DNA of 64,000 bases from Vicugna vicugna (lineage: Eukaryota): assembly GCA_013265495.1 (NCBI GenBank), contig MU058531.1, forward strand, positions 3,472,911 through 3,536,910, in the 5' to 3' direction. Shown one piece after another: positions 40,645-53,300 of this stretch (positions are counted from its first letter, which is position 1; each line of letters opens with the position of its first letter). The translations under genes and the position numbers were made by a program. Below the pieces are notes generated by a model. It worked only from the letters and a program-made list of their open reading frames with translations, was not told the DNA's origin and did no database searches.

Positions 40645-41520
40645 TTAAACAACAAAGTAAATAATAATAGTATTGGACTATTGCATAGAATAAAATAAAT
40701 ATATGTGAGTCCATACTGATAAAAACGGATAATTAAATAAATCAATCAATGGGGCGAGCTAAAGGTACAGCTCTTACTTATAAAGGGCTTCCAATTAATA
40801 CACGTAGAAAGAAATGAGGGAAATAAGATGATTAGGACATCCCAGCAATAAATTGTTACAGGCAAGAACTACTGATGAGTGAGAAAATTATTGGGCAAAA
40901 GTATGAGGAACAAAATATTTGCATAGTCTCAAAGTATTTACGAAGTATTTATTAGTTGCAAAAGGGAAAATAGAACAGTGGAGAAACCCAGTAGACATCA
41001 CCTTAAGTAAGTGCGCAAGGTCAGCATGACCAGTAAGAAAACATATTGATGTGTATCTTCTGATATGAAGAAGGACTTGATACTCTCTCTATGACATTCT
41101 TGCTCCCTGCCCCTGACCAAAAATCAAGAACCTAAATCTAATCATGAGAAAAAACCATGAAGGCAATCTACTCTTCAAAAGTGTCAAGGTCATGAACAGT
41201 AAGGAAGGCCAGAGGAACTCGTCAAAGACTGGAGGAAACCAGGAGACATGACCACGAAATGCAGTTTGAGATTCTGTGAGATCCTGGACTAGCGGATTGA
41301 TACTGATGGGGAAACTGGTAAAATTCTAATAAGGCATGTAGTGTAATTAGTATTAATGTATCAATGTTAAGTTCCTGGTTTTGATAACAGAACTATGGTT
41401 ATGAAAGATGCTAACATTAGGAGAAGCTGGGTGAACTATGTACGGGAACTCTCCGTACTATTTTTGTAACTTTTCTGTAAATCTAAAATTACTTCAAAAT
41501 TAAAAGGTTTGAAAAAAAAA
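40645..41520 (+). mobile_element. Old L1 (L1MC/MD-like) 3'UTR inserted into a minus-strand MIR
   Basis: gtggagaaacccagtagacatcaccttaag, aatgtatcaatgttaagttcctggttttgataa, ttttgtaacttttctgtaaatctaaaattacttcaaaattaaaagg plus poly-A. The MIR resumes at 41524 (gtgaagctcagagagatggagtcacttgcccaaggtcacacag). Confidence 0.8.
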
Positions 41521-44500
41521 ATAGTGAAGCTCAGAGAGATGGAGTCACTTGCCCAAGGTCACACAGTAGCTGAGTGAGTGTCCGAGTCCAGATATCTGTC
41601 TTTAAAGTCTGTTCTCTTTTCAGCCAACTCCCTTGCCTCTCTACTTGTTAAATTACCAAATTAAAGTTTGTAGTAAAACCAGAATTTCTGCTTTAGAATT
41701 TAATTACTTTTGGGTCTCCTTTCCCTGTTTCCTCCCTCTCTCTACTTCTGTTCTAAACCTCCTATGTGTCTACCCTTTTTCTACTCCTCCTTTTTCTATT
41801 TTTATCCAGTTTCTTATTATCACTTATTCATTCATTCATTCATTCACTCACCCAAGACTTACTTATTGAGCATCTACTATGTTGTAACATTCTCTTTTTT
41901 TATTGTTTTATTAAACATATTCTTTTAAATAAGAAATTAGCAATATATGATGAAATTTACATTATTAGCCCATACTTTGGTTCAGTCAAAGTTGGATACA
42001 CAAAATAAATGCACTTTCCTCAATGGAAGTAAAGTATATATTTCTTGAACACTGGAGAATCTCAAAGACAAGAGAGAGAATATTAGCTCCATTGCTAGTA
42101 GCTGAGAGGAGAAGCAAATGTATTTGTTCATGCAGTCATTCAGTTAACATGTTTTCAGCACGTCTCAGAAGCCGGGCACCATAGTGGATAAGCACGAAGG
42201 AAAGCAACAGTCTGCAGCTGCCAGAAGCTACCAGTCTTAAATTTGTAGTCAGGCATGGGCACAAATCACTACCAAAAAAGGCAAGAAGTACATGTAGTGT
42301 GAGTGGCACAGACGGTGGCAGCTGAAGTGTCTGGGTGGGTGATCAGAGCCCTCTCTGCTCAGCTCTGGAGTTCAGGGCTGGGCCATGAAGGATGGTTGCG
42401 ATAGAGAGTTCTGTTGTGGGGAAGGGAAGGAGGTCATTCCAGACAAGAAGACAACCAGTTCTTGTCATGATCAAGAAAGACTCACAGTCTAGGGAGGCAG
42501 CTTGCTCCTGATTGCCAGTAGAACATGATCATGTTCTAGAAGTTCCCCGAATCCTAACAACTCTTTTCACAACGACTTAACTGTAATGTGGGGAAAGGGA
42601 AGAAAATCCCTGACGCCTTTTGGGCCACGTTGCATAACATTCATTCTTAGGAAAATATGGTTAAAATGCAATTCCAAGCACAATCATGAGATAACTGAAA
42701 GGGTTTGTCTTATGGCTAAGGAAAGCCAGGAGATAAATTCTTTAAAACCAAGTTAGATTGTGGCTTGGAAGCAATGTTTCTCCACATTTCCCTTTCTCCT
42801 GCTGGATGTCAAGACTGGCGCACACCAGAGTGACTTCTGTTTATCCTTGCATGTAAACAGAAGCAGGTACCCGGGGCCAGTCCCCAAGCCAGTGGTAATC
42901 AGGGTGGGTCCCAGAGGCAGGCTCAATCCTGCTTCACTTGGTTTGGGAGGTGGGACCCCCTGAACCCTTTTGATCTGGACGCCTCTCTGTAGTCATAGTC
43001 TTGATCTAAAATAAAGCTCCAAAAAGCCAGTGTTCTCTCTTACTCCTTTCAGGGTGAGCAGCCTTACTTCCCTGACCACCCACGAAGTCTCTTGCTTGGA
43101 GAGTGTCAAACCATATTGTTCTTTTTTCCCCTCTTTTTCTATCCAGCCTCTACCTCTCGTCCACATTCCTTTTCATCTTCCTGGTTTTTAATTCCTCTTT
43201 GAATAAATTCCAGAGCCATTTGTCTTTTCTAGAGGAGACAGAGAGGCATTTTTGGGAGATAACTTTACCAAAGAGATCACACACGTTAGCACACGCACTT
43301 GAGAAGAGATGAAAGGCAATTAGAGGTTGAAGAGCATTCTTACTGCCTTTGCTTTCATGCCTTTTTCTTGTGAAGGGCTGTGGTGGAACGTGGTTTAGGG
43401 TGGAGGGTGTATTCTGCGGTCACAGTTCTGAGTCGCTGGTTCTCAAACCTTCTGCCTCCTCCATAGGACCTCTGCTCCTGTCCTGCTCTTCACCCACTCA
43501 TGATCTTTGGGTTTGGTATTCATCATGGTCTGCATCTCCAGCTGGTCCTCAGGGTCTGTCAACAGAATAAACTTTTGGCTCCATAACCTACCACTGTCCA
43601 TATCACTGCCAGACACTCTCTTGTGTAACAGGTAGTTGGTATCTCTGGCTGAGGGCTGGTTTTCAGCCTCAAAAGGCCTTAAACTGGTTTACTTTTTCCT
43701 ATGCCCTGAGAAGGCAGTGTTTCTTGTCAAGTAGATCTTAGCAAGACCATTCTCTGGGCTCCTCTTTCAGACCAACTTGTCCAAGGGCAGGTGATGAGCC
43801 TAAGATTGAGCCTACAGTTTACCCTAAGACCCCAGAGGGCTCTGGAGGGATTCCACCTGGCTCTTTGCCCCAAGTGACCTTCCCCAGCCTCTTCCATTTG
43901 GTCAGCCTAAGCAGTCATCAGTCTGCTTCTCAAGCCACACAAAAGTGTGACTCAGGTGCTGTGAGACTCAGGTGCTGCTTGATCCTTCCATCTGGTGGGT
44001 TTCACCAGGTGTCAGTTCAATAGTGTAAAGGATGCCAAAATGCAGATTAGCTCCCTGGGACAGGATTGTAAGAATAAATAAACCATCTGGCCAGAGAAGG
44101 GCTGTTTGGGCCTGGGTCCTTTCAGCCAGAATCCCTTAGCTACTTCCTAAGTGATGATGATCACTCTGACAAATTCCAACATCTAGACTCCTGTTGGGTC
44201 ATAGCCAAGGAAAGATCATTTCAGCATAGTAAGGAAAGAGCATGATATATGATAATGTCCAAATGTGTTTCTTCACTTGAAATATTTTGGAGGAAAAATA
44301 TTGGTTTTGAATTTGTATATTCAGCCATATTAGAAAAGTCTCCTGTCAAAGCCTGCCCCACCCCCACCCTTTTTATGCAGAAAGCCAAGCAAACCCTCTA
44401 TTCAGGGCTGCTGTACAAACATTTTCCTCATATCTGAGCACTCATGAGGTAAATTGTTAATAAAGGCCTCTCGGGGGAAGGGAAATTTCAACTCACTTTG

Positions 44501-45944
44501 GAAAAACCAGATTTCTCCTTGGGAAAGCACATCTCCCTGGAGGCACACCTCTGAGAGCAAACATTGTATTCATTCCCCAGAACACTTCATGGCACGTTCC
44601 CCGGTTAACAGAAATTTTAGTTCAGAAGTTTCCAGACTGAAAAATACAGTAGGCAGTTAAACCACAGAGATTCAGCTGTGCAGGGCAGTGTTCTGAGAGC
44701 AAGGTTTTTTGTAGGGGGCTCACCTGCCCTGGAGCCAATTGACAGCAAATCATGTTTGGTGGTTCTTGGCAATCAGCACGCACAGGATTCTGCTCACTCA
44801 TAGTAACACTAAGTAAATGGTGGGGCTGGGAATGCCAGCATTCCGGGTGCAGTTCTGGAGTAAGCCTACCTGGATTCTAACCCACTACTCCCCACTGTGG
44901 GACCTCGGGCCGTGTACCTAATCCCTCATCTTCAGATGGGGATATTAAGAGTACCTCCTTCACATGGTTTACATAGGGAGTCAGAGAGATGACAAGTGTG
45001 AAGCACGTAGTGAGGACCCCAGGCACAGTCCTGGGCTCAGGGTTGGTTACCAAAAAAACACTAAAATAACTGCATTTTCAGAATAACTAATGATAAGAGA
45101 GTCCACTTTTATTATTATTGCCCCCGACTTAATGGATGAGAAAATGGAAGCACAGAGAGGCTAAGTAAATGACCCAGGGTTTCAGAGCTAGGATTTGAAC
45201 CCAGGTGGTGTGACTTCCAGAGCCAATGTTCTTGGCTCATCTTCCTGGTGCCGTTGAGTCCAAAGTCATAAGAGCCCTTTTTTCCTCACTTTGGTCTCTT
45301 GCTCTGAAGGAAACCATTTGCTTCACAACAGGATTCAAAAATTCTTTATTATTTCAACATATGTTAACACTGTGGACCTCCTTGTTGACTCCATGATGTT
45401 GAAAATGTGGCAGTAGTCCCAGATATTGGAAACTCGGCATCTCCTTTGAATTGGAAGGCTGCCTTGAAATCGGTAGGACAATGGTATCGCTCAGTGCCTG
45501 AGAATATTGTTCCCGAACACGAATAGGATAAGTTGTCATTTCTCAGCACAGGCAGAAGAGGGATTTAAGGTCTTTGGCTTTTAAAGTTTTCTTTGTGGTT
45601 TCGAAGTTTCCTTCGGTATTGGATGAGAATGTAGGATGCCCCCAGAATCCAAATTTTATCTCTCGATCTCCCTTTCTTGACTACACCACCTCAGCGATTT
45701 TTTTTCTCCTCACTCTCTCTATTTCAATTTTACATGAAACCTACACCCCACAACAGGGATGGCTTTTGAAATTCAACATCTTTAGCCAAATCTGCACTGC
45801 TAGAAGACTGTGAGGGAGGGAGGCTGTGCTCAGAGTTGGGGCAGCAGGATAAGGCAGTGGATAGGGGCTGCGAAGCACCTTATGAATCAGGACCTCCACA
45901 CCTGTGTTCGTTCTTTAAACATCAGACATGGTTTCCTTTAACAG

Positions 45945-46125
45945 CGGCTTTCACTAATCAGCAGAACGAATGCAATGGGCATCAGAATATTTTTAAAATA
46001 CACACATGCCTGAAGCCAGTCCCCAGTAGATCCTGGTTCTGTGGATACGTGGTGGGCCTAGGGATCTGTATTTTTAAAGAACTCCGCAAGATAATACTGA
46101 TGCCACTTATGGTTTAGAATCATTA
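45945..46125. mobile_element. hAT-Charlie MER5A-like element
   Basis: gcatcagaatatttttaaaatacacacatgcctg...gggcctagggatctgtatttttaaagaactcc...tttagaatcatt. Confidence 0.55.
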
Positions 46126-47149
46126 CTCCAGACCATCACACACACAAGTATTTGAACAAAGCTGTATCCCAGAGCAAATAGGGGGGAAATGACTCCTGTC
46201 TTTGGGGATAGCATAATAGTTGATAATTGTCCAAAGTAAATTTAAATATGATGACTTGCTTATTTGCTGGCTTGCTTTCTCTTTCCTTCCTTCCTTTCCT
46301 CCTTCCTTCTTTTCTGTATTTTTTTTTTGATCCTCATGCTTCAGTAAAGGACTTGGTTTTGAAATCTTAAATATTCAAACTATTTTGTTACTCTGACAGG
46401 ATATTTTTATTCTCTTATTTACCCTTCTTAAAGCTCACGTCAGGTCTTTAGGGTTTAGCCAACCTAGAAAGAGAACTGCCAAATCCATGACCCACTGGAG
46501 GCCTGCTTTATTCTGTTTAAAGCAGGCATCAAGTTACCACTTCAATTCTGGGGCTGAGAGAAATAAGAATGAGTCCAGTAGAAATTAGCAAACACACAAA
46601 CAAGATTTTGACATACGTGCAAAGTATTTTTTTTAACTGGAAATAGTTAACATGACTCAGAGAAGCAGTACAGCGTCTTCCCAAGGCCCGGTGTTCTTTG
46701 CTGTGAGACGTTATCACTTGAATGACACTGAACACTGTGGGAAAGAGCAGGTCTGCTTTAGTCAGAGACTGGGACTTTGAGCCTGTCTCTCAGACTGCAT
46801 TCACTGACCCTATTAGGATGTTTAATTCATCCCTCTAAAAAACCACCCTCTTAGAGATCTTTACTGCACATGTAGGAGCCAAGAAGGAATGTCTTTATGC
46901 TTTGCCAAGAATCTGCATTCGCCAAAGAGATTTAAACATTCATAAATCCAATTGCTTTCTCAATACCTCCCCTTGGCTTTTTTCATTCAACAAATTTTAT
47001 TAAGTCCCAACTTATATACTAGGTACTGTTTTGTACACTGGGGATACGGCAAAGAATAAGACAGAGCCCCTCTGTGCCTGGAGCTTACATCCTGATACTA
47101 AAAAGCATGTCAAACATGGCCAAAATAGAACATGGCCTTCTTTCTACCA

Positions 47150-47840
47150 TGTTCGAATATCACGTAGTGTCTTGCTCATTATCCTCATCCTTCTCATCTC
47201 AACATCTACCTGGGTGCTCAGTCTAACAACCTTGATCTACTCTCTTTTCCCAAACCCCCAACACCCAAACCGTCGGCAAGTCCCATTTACTCTACTTACA
47301 AAATAACATCCTGAATTGGACCATTCCTGAGCATTTCACCAGCCACTCCCATGGAGCCAGACACCACTGCAGTCACCACCAGTACTGCATTCATGCTCAC
47401 ATGCCCTGTAATCCATTTTCCACAACAGCCAGAGTGATCTATAAACGTAAAGCAGATCAGGTCATACCCTTCCTGAAAGCCCCCCAAGGTCTTCCCTGCT
47501 CGATTTTGCCGGTGTTGACTTCTCCAGCCTAACTTTATAGCACCCACTGGCTCTGTTCCAGCCATGCTGATGCGCATTCTGCTCCTGAACACACTGAGCT
47601 TGTGTTCTCCACGTGGTTTTGCACTTGCTGTTCCCTCTGCCTAAGACTGTCTTCCCCCAGCTACCATCTTCAGATCATGTCTTCTGTTGATCGTGTCTCA
47701 GTTCAAAAATCAGAGAAGCCATTGACTTGTTTGCTTTTTTCCTTAGAAACCTGTTTAACCTATTTGTTGCTATATGTCTGATTCTTCGCAAAATGCCAGC
47801 TCTGCATTAGATGCTCAGTAAATATTTAATGAATGAATAA
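47150..47840 (+). mobile_element. L2 LINE 3' fragment
   Basis: ttccacaacagccagagtgatct, tttgcacttgctgttccctctgcct, ending atgctcagtaaatatttaatgaatgaat (L2 3' terminus). Confidence 0.8.
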
Positions 47841-48049
47841 TGCTAGTTCGTGTTAGCAATTGTTTCTTGGAATAAATGCTGTTCGAAATAATAAGAAAAG
47901 CAAGGTATGTCCCTTTGTTCAAGGAACTTACAATCTAGTTCTAGGCATATAAGACATAAAATATTGAATAAATATACATATTTAGAAGAAAGCAAGGCAA
48001 ATCATTAACTATCACAGGAGAGATGGTGGTTAGAGAGGTGCTATAGGTA

Positions 48050-48275
48050 ATGGAAAGAGTATGATTCTATTGCTAAGACTGGTTTTGAGTCCAGGCTCTG
48101 CCATTTACTCACTGTGGGACTTTGGGCAAGTAAGTGACGTAAACTTATTTCAGCTTTGTATTTCTCACCTGTAAAATGGGGTCATTTAATCAACTTTACG
48201 TGGTTTGGGGGACAGTTAAGCAAGCTAATGTGCATAAAATCACCCAGCACAGGACAGGTGCTCAATAAATGGTAA
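48050..48275 (+). mobile_element. MIR SINE
   Basis: gagtccaggctctgccatttactcactgtgggactttgggcaagt...ctgtaaaatgggg...gtgctcaataaatgg. Confidence 0.8.
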
Positions 48276-50209
48276 CTGGTGGGATTTCATGCCACATAAG
48301 AGACAAGGACTGTATGTGTCATAAAAGTGGAAGAGAGAGGCCACACAGGCACATCTTCCTTAAGGATAATCAAGGGCTTCTGAGCCTTGGAGGCTGGGAA
48401 GGCTTCTGCCAGGCACAATTATGAACTTTATCATTGATGAAGTTTCAAAGGTTGTGTTATGTTCTATCTTCACCAAATGTAGGAATCCCTCCCTTGCATA
48501 TTCTTACCCAGCTTTTGCTAAAAACTTCTCAAAGACAGAATTCACTTCATTTAAATGAGCTTATTATGTTGATGGAGTTCAGCAGTTTGTTTTAAAATTC
48601 TTCCTTAAATCAAACTGAAACCTGCCTCCTTGAAAATTCCACCTGTCACTCCCAGGAGAATAATAGAAATTGTCTTCCTTTGGTTTGGTTCTCTTGAGGC
48701 TGGACATTCCCCCATATTGTCAAAACTTACATTATTTTTCAATATTCCTCTTAAAACTGAGGCTCCCTACCCTGTCCTGAACAGTAAGACTCTCCCTTCT
48801 TGCAGTTGGGTTATTCCTCTGCTCTTACTTTTTTTCTGTCAGCCATGTCTAATTATGACCCCACAAAGGTCAACTAAAACCTCTAGATTTTTAGCATACA
48901 AATGGCCAAGCTCATCTTTTGTTGTGAGTCATTCTGTAATTTGTAACATGCTATTCTCTTCAATGAAAAGTAAAATCACCATGTATTTGTGGCAGTTGTT
49001 TTTTGGATCAATCTAATATATAAATGCAACAAATACTCCCTAGAAGTGGAGGAACTAAAAATCTATATATTTATAGTCCTTCAGCCCATTACTGTCTAAA
49101 ATTCTCTCTATCGCTGTATGAAATATGATTTTTTAATCTTTAGCTGGAGAAACCAACAGCAGATCTTGAGAGAAAATTTTAAGGTATACATAAAACCCTT
49201 AATCAAATATAGACACATTTATACCGTGCTTTACACTTACATTGAGCTCTTCACACAAGTTATCTCATTTAATCCTTATAGGGCTGGTCTGATTTTGGAT
49301 CTGGGGCTCCAACCTGTCCTTCTGACTCCAAGTCCAGGGCTCTCCCCTGCCATCACTGCTGCCTTTCACTCCTGCCGCATGCCTGGCATTTTCATAGACA
49401 CTCCTAGAGTAGTGTTTCCTAAAAATTGTGCTGCAGGAGCCTGCTTTTCAACCTACTCTGGAGAAAAGAAAAAAAAAAAAGATTCATGGTTCAATACCTT
49501 CTAGAAACCTCTTTGAGCTTTTTTCTTGTATATTGATATCCCCAATGCACATTAGCATATTGAAGGCTTAAGGAGTCCAGCAATAAAGACATTTATATTT
49601 CACCAGCATTTCTCAAATATATTTCACCCAGAACTTTATTTTCTTGATCTTTCTCTACTTTTGCAGAACACGTTTCTCTTGAAACAGCCAAAGACAAAAA
49701 ATAGTAAGGAACAAGAAGTACACATGTGAAGTAGTTAAATTACATGATAGATGACATACATTCCAGCCTTCCTCCTCTCCTCCCCTCCAGGATGAGGCTC
49801 CAGGTCAGTTTGGGCTGGACAGTTCCGAGATAGGTCAGATAAATGAGTGGCAAAGAGGTAGATGGGAGGGAGGACCTTTTAAGTGAGAGAACCAGCTTGA
49901 TTAAACATATTCTAGGCAGGTTCATGCATGATGGATTGAAGAAGGGGCCTGGGTGCAGGAAAAGCCATGAGGAGAGAGTTGCAGTAAACAACAGGAGATG
50001 ATAAAGGGGTCTGGTGTAGGATTCTGATGAAAATAACAGGGAAAATGGCTCCTGATTGTTTAGGAAAAGAATCCCAGTAGTGCAGTGACCCATTGGACAG
50101 GAAGGCTTAATGAAAGAGAAGATTCAAGACTGATGTCAGGCTTTCCAGGTGGGGCTTTTGGAATACATGGTGCTCCTGTGACAGCACCTGGGCAGGTACA
50201 AAGACTATC

Positions 50210-50480
50210 TAGTGTGGTCAAGAGCACAGGCTTTGATTCAGACACACAAGGGTTCACATCCTGACCCTGTTTCTTATTGGCACAGTGGATTTGGCCAAAT
50301 TACTTTACTTCTCTGAGCCCATACCCCCCACTATAAAAGGGGCAAGAATAATTTCCTAATGGGTTGTTGTAAAGATTAAGTAAACTAGTGAATCCTTAGC
50401 TCAGGATAGTGTCTGGCACAGTGTAAGTGCTCAACTAATGTCATTTCCATTATTACTACTATTATCATCATCATTATTAT
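50210..50480 (+). mobile_element. MIR SINE (near full length)
   Basis: tagtgtggtcaagagcacaggctttg...gggttgttgtaaagattaag...gtgtctggcacagtgtaagtgctcaa, then an (ATT/ATC)n tail. Confidence 0.82.
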
Positions 50481-51344
50481 TGTCTTGTTAAGGAGATGTT
50501 TGAGTTTGGACGTGCAGATTTTAGGATGAGAATAAATTAAATTAAATTAAATTAATTCAAATTGGTGGGAGGTAGGAGACAGGAGCTCATGTACTACGAG
50601 ATCAAGGTACAGATACAGTTTGGGAATACACCCTAGAGCAGGATGGCTGAGCCATCAAAATTAACCTGTTTCCTAAGATATCAAGTGTGGGAGAGATCAC
50701 AGGCTCCAAGGATCAAGCCTTCGTAACACCCACTGCCATGGCAGATAAAATCATCCAGTGAGAAGGAGAATGTGGGCATCATAGGAGAATCAGGCAGTAT
50801 GGGTGATGAAAACCAGGGGGAAAGATTTTCCAAGACGGGTATCACATTATCCTGAGGTGAAGGAGTTGAGATGTGCACTGACAGAGTCCAGAATGGTGAG
50901 CAGATCACAGAATGACGTAGCGTTCCTTGCCTGTCCCCTAAACTGGGCACATCTGAGGGGTTGTCGTCTGAGGCCAGATTCGCAGAAAGATTTCTATAGA
51001 CTGGAACAGTGAGGACACAGGACACTAAAAGATAAAAAAAATTGTTGTACAAACAACAGCTGAAAAAAACTTGGACTGTTTTACCAAGATGGGAGACTTC
51101 TAAGGTTGTCAGGAGAGGTGCAATTCAGTATTTGAAGGACTGCCATGAAGTTGAAATTGGGTTCTTCTTTGTGATTTCGGTAGGCAGAACTAAGCCCTGT
51201 CATTTCATCTTGGACTCTTGGCCTTAGAACAGGCTGCCTTCTGCGGTAGTGAGCCTCTTGTAACTGGAGAAATTCCACACAGAGCCTGGCCGGCTGGCTG
51301 CAAAACTAGGAAGAAGCTCCTGGTGTGGGTTGGGAGATTGACCA

Positions 51345-51665
51345 AGATCAAACTATTGCCTATGGGTCAAATCTACCCCACCACCTGTTTTTGTCCAGCT
51401 TGTGAGCTAAGAGTCGTTTTAAGGTTTTTAAAATGATTTTGAAAAATCAAAAGAGTAATATTTTGTCATGGTTGAAAATTATCTGAAATTCAAGTTTGTC
51501 TTCATAAGTAAAATTACGTTGGAACACAGCCAGGCTCATTCATTTACGTATTGTCTATGGCTGCCTTCACGCTGCAGTGGCGGGGCTGAGTAGTTGTGAC
51601 AAAGATTGAATGACTCACAAAATCTAAAATATTTATCATCTTGCCCTTCAGAGAAAAAGTTTACC
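51345..51665 (+). mobile_element. hAT-Charlie MER58-like element
   Basis: caaactattgcctatgggtcaaatct...ggaacacagccaggctcattcatttacgtattgtctatggctgc...aaaatatttatcatcttgcccttcagagaaaaagttt. Confidence 0.8.
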
Positions 51666-53094
51666 AAAAAGTTTGAGATCATCCAATGGCCTTTTTTCAA
51701 CTGGAAAATTCTGTGAGGGTGAAAAGTTTTTGCCTTAGATTTGGGTAGGAGGTCCTGGGTCACTTGGAGACCACCACTGCAATAGCCTGAAGGGAAACCC
51801 AGGATGCAGTGTTGAGAAAATGTAGGTGATGGGTTGGGAATACTTGTTTGAGAAGTATGACAGCAAACAAAGGTGAAAACTTGGATGGCAGCTCATTAGA
51901 CCAGCGCAGTACAGGGAAGGTATTTTTCAGGGAATAGGAAGACATGTCAGAAGAGAGACATAAAAACTTTTCCTGTGCTTGATGAACCCAACGGTATTCT
52001 TAGTATCTGCTTTATTTTACAGCGCGGTTAAATTTATCTGTTGTAATATCTCTCAGCAAGAGGGGATTTTCTAAATGTTCTTGTTTATAAATGTGCAGAA
52101 AATTTTTGCACAGAGAGTCATGCTTTTGTTGGCCAAAGAAAGTGAACACTTGCTGATTTTCTGGCAATCCTAACAAAAATACTGAAGTGTATTTATACAC
52201 TGGGGGCCAAAATGAATTTCAAGATGACAGTGCTCAGATACATAATCAACCCTGCTTTCCTCTTCTGCCTCCACTGGGTTTAACAATTTTGTCAAAACCC
52301 TTCCTCTGAAATCCATTTCTGCAAGTGAGTTGAAACTAATTCTCTCTACTGCCGCATAAACACAACGCGGGCTTCCCTGCTGGGCTCTCAAAAGCTTGGT
52401 CCCCAACCAATGGATGAGATAAGCAGGCTAAACCCATGGTATGAAACTGTCTTTTTAAAAAGCACATTTTTAAACTGCTTTTCACAGTGTGATTTCCTTA
52501 TTAATATCTCGTAACCAATCACAAAAAATATTGACTTCACACTGTTTCGAAGCATAATGGTGTTCCAGAATTTCAAGACAGACACAGGAAGTTGGTTACT
52601 GTTCTTATTCCAAATAAGACAAGATACCTGTTATATACTCCAATATAAGTAACTGTTACCTGTACAAATGAGGAAACCAGATATTCTGCTGATAAAAACC
52701 CCACAGACCCAAACATCCTACTTTGGCTAACAGGTTTGCCATCCTTTCCCAGGGGAATTATGTGACAACTGTTAAGAAGACCCACATTCATTCACTTGGT
52801 TTTCACATTTATACCCTGTCCCTGGGGCAGTAACACAAGCTAGCTCTCTGCTCTGCATCCTCTGGTAGCTCCTTATTGCTAACCAAATAGTGTTCAGGCA
52901 TTTTAGCATATTGAAGGGGCTCTCCAACTCACCTCTCCAGTTTTCTCCCCCAGTAATTCCTCCATGCCCCTTTCACATGCATCAGCCTGGATGACTTGCT
53001 GTTGTATTCTGTGGGAAGCAGCAGAGACACTGCACAATTCCAGAGGGCGCCATTCACCTAGTGCACTAAATGGCAGCTCTGGACGAGAGTGCTG

Positions 53095-53300
53095 ACTCCA
53101 AGATTTGACTTCAAATTCCAATTCCACCACTTCCTGGCTGTGGGACCCCAGGCAAGTTTCTTAACTGCTCGATACCCTAGTTTCCTCATCTGTAAAATAG
53201 TATTTAAAACACCCACATAACACTTAGGGTTGTTGCAAGAATTAAAAGAGATCATTTGGGGGAATGTGTTTGATCAATCCAGACTCAAGAACTCAGTAAA
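53095..53300 (+). mobile_element. MIR SINE
   Basis: ttcaaattcc...ggctgtgggaccccaggcaagtttcttaac...agtttcctcatctgtaaaatag...agggttgttgcaagaattaaa. Confidence 0.78.

Noticed and set aside
43946..43978. Short direct duplication of gactcaggtgct
   Set aside because: Only two copies; ordinary local slippage, although the first copy contains a TGACTCA motif.
46501..46527. 10-bp stem hairpin gcctgcttta/taaagcaggc
   Set aside because: About one such stem with a variable loop is expected by chance in 64 kb; too short for a pre-miRNA.
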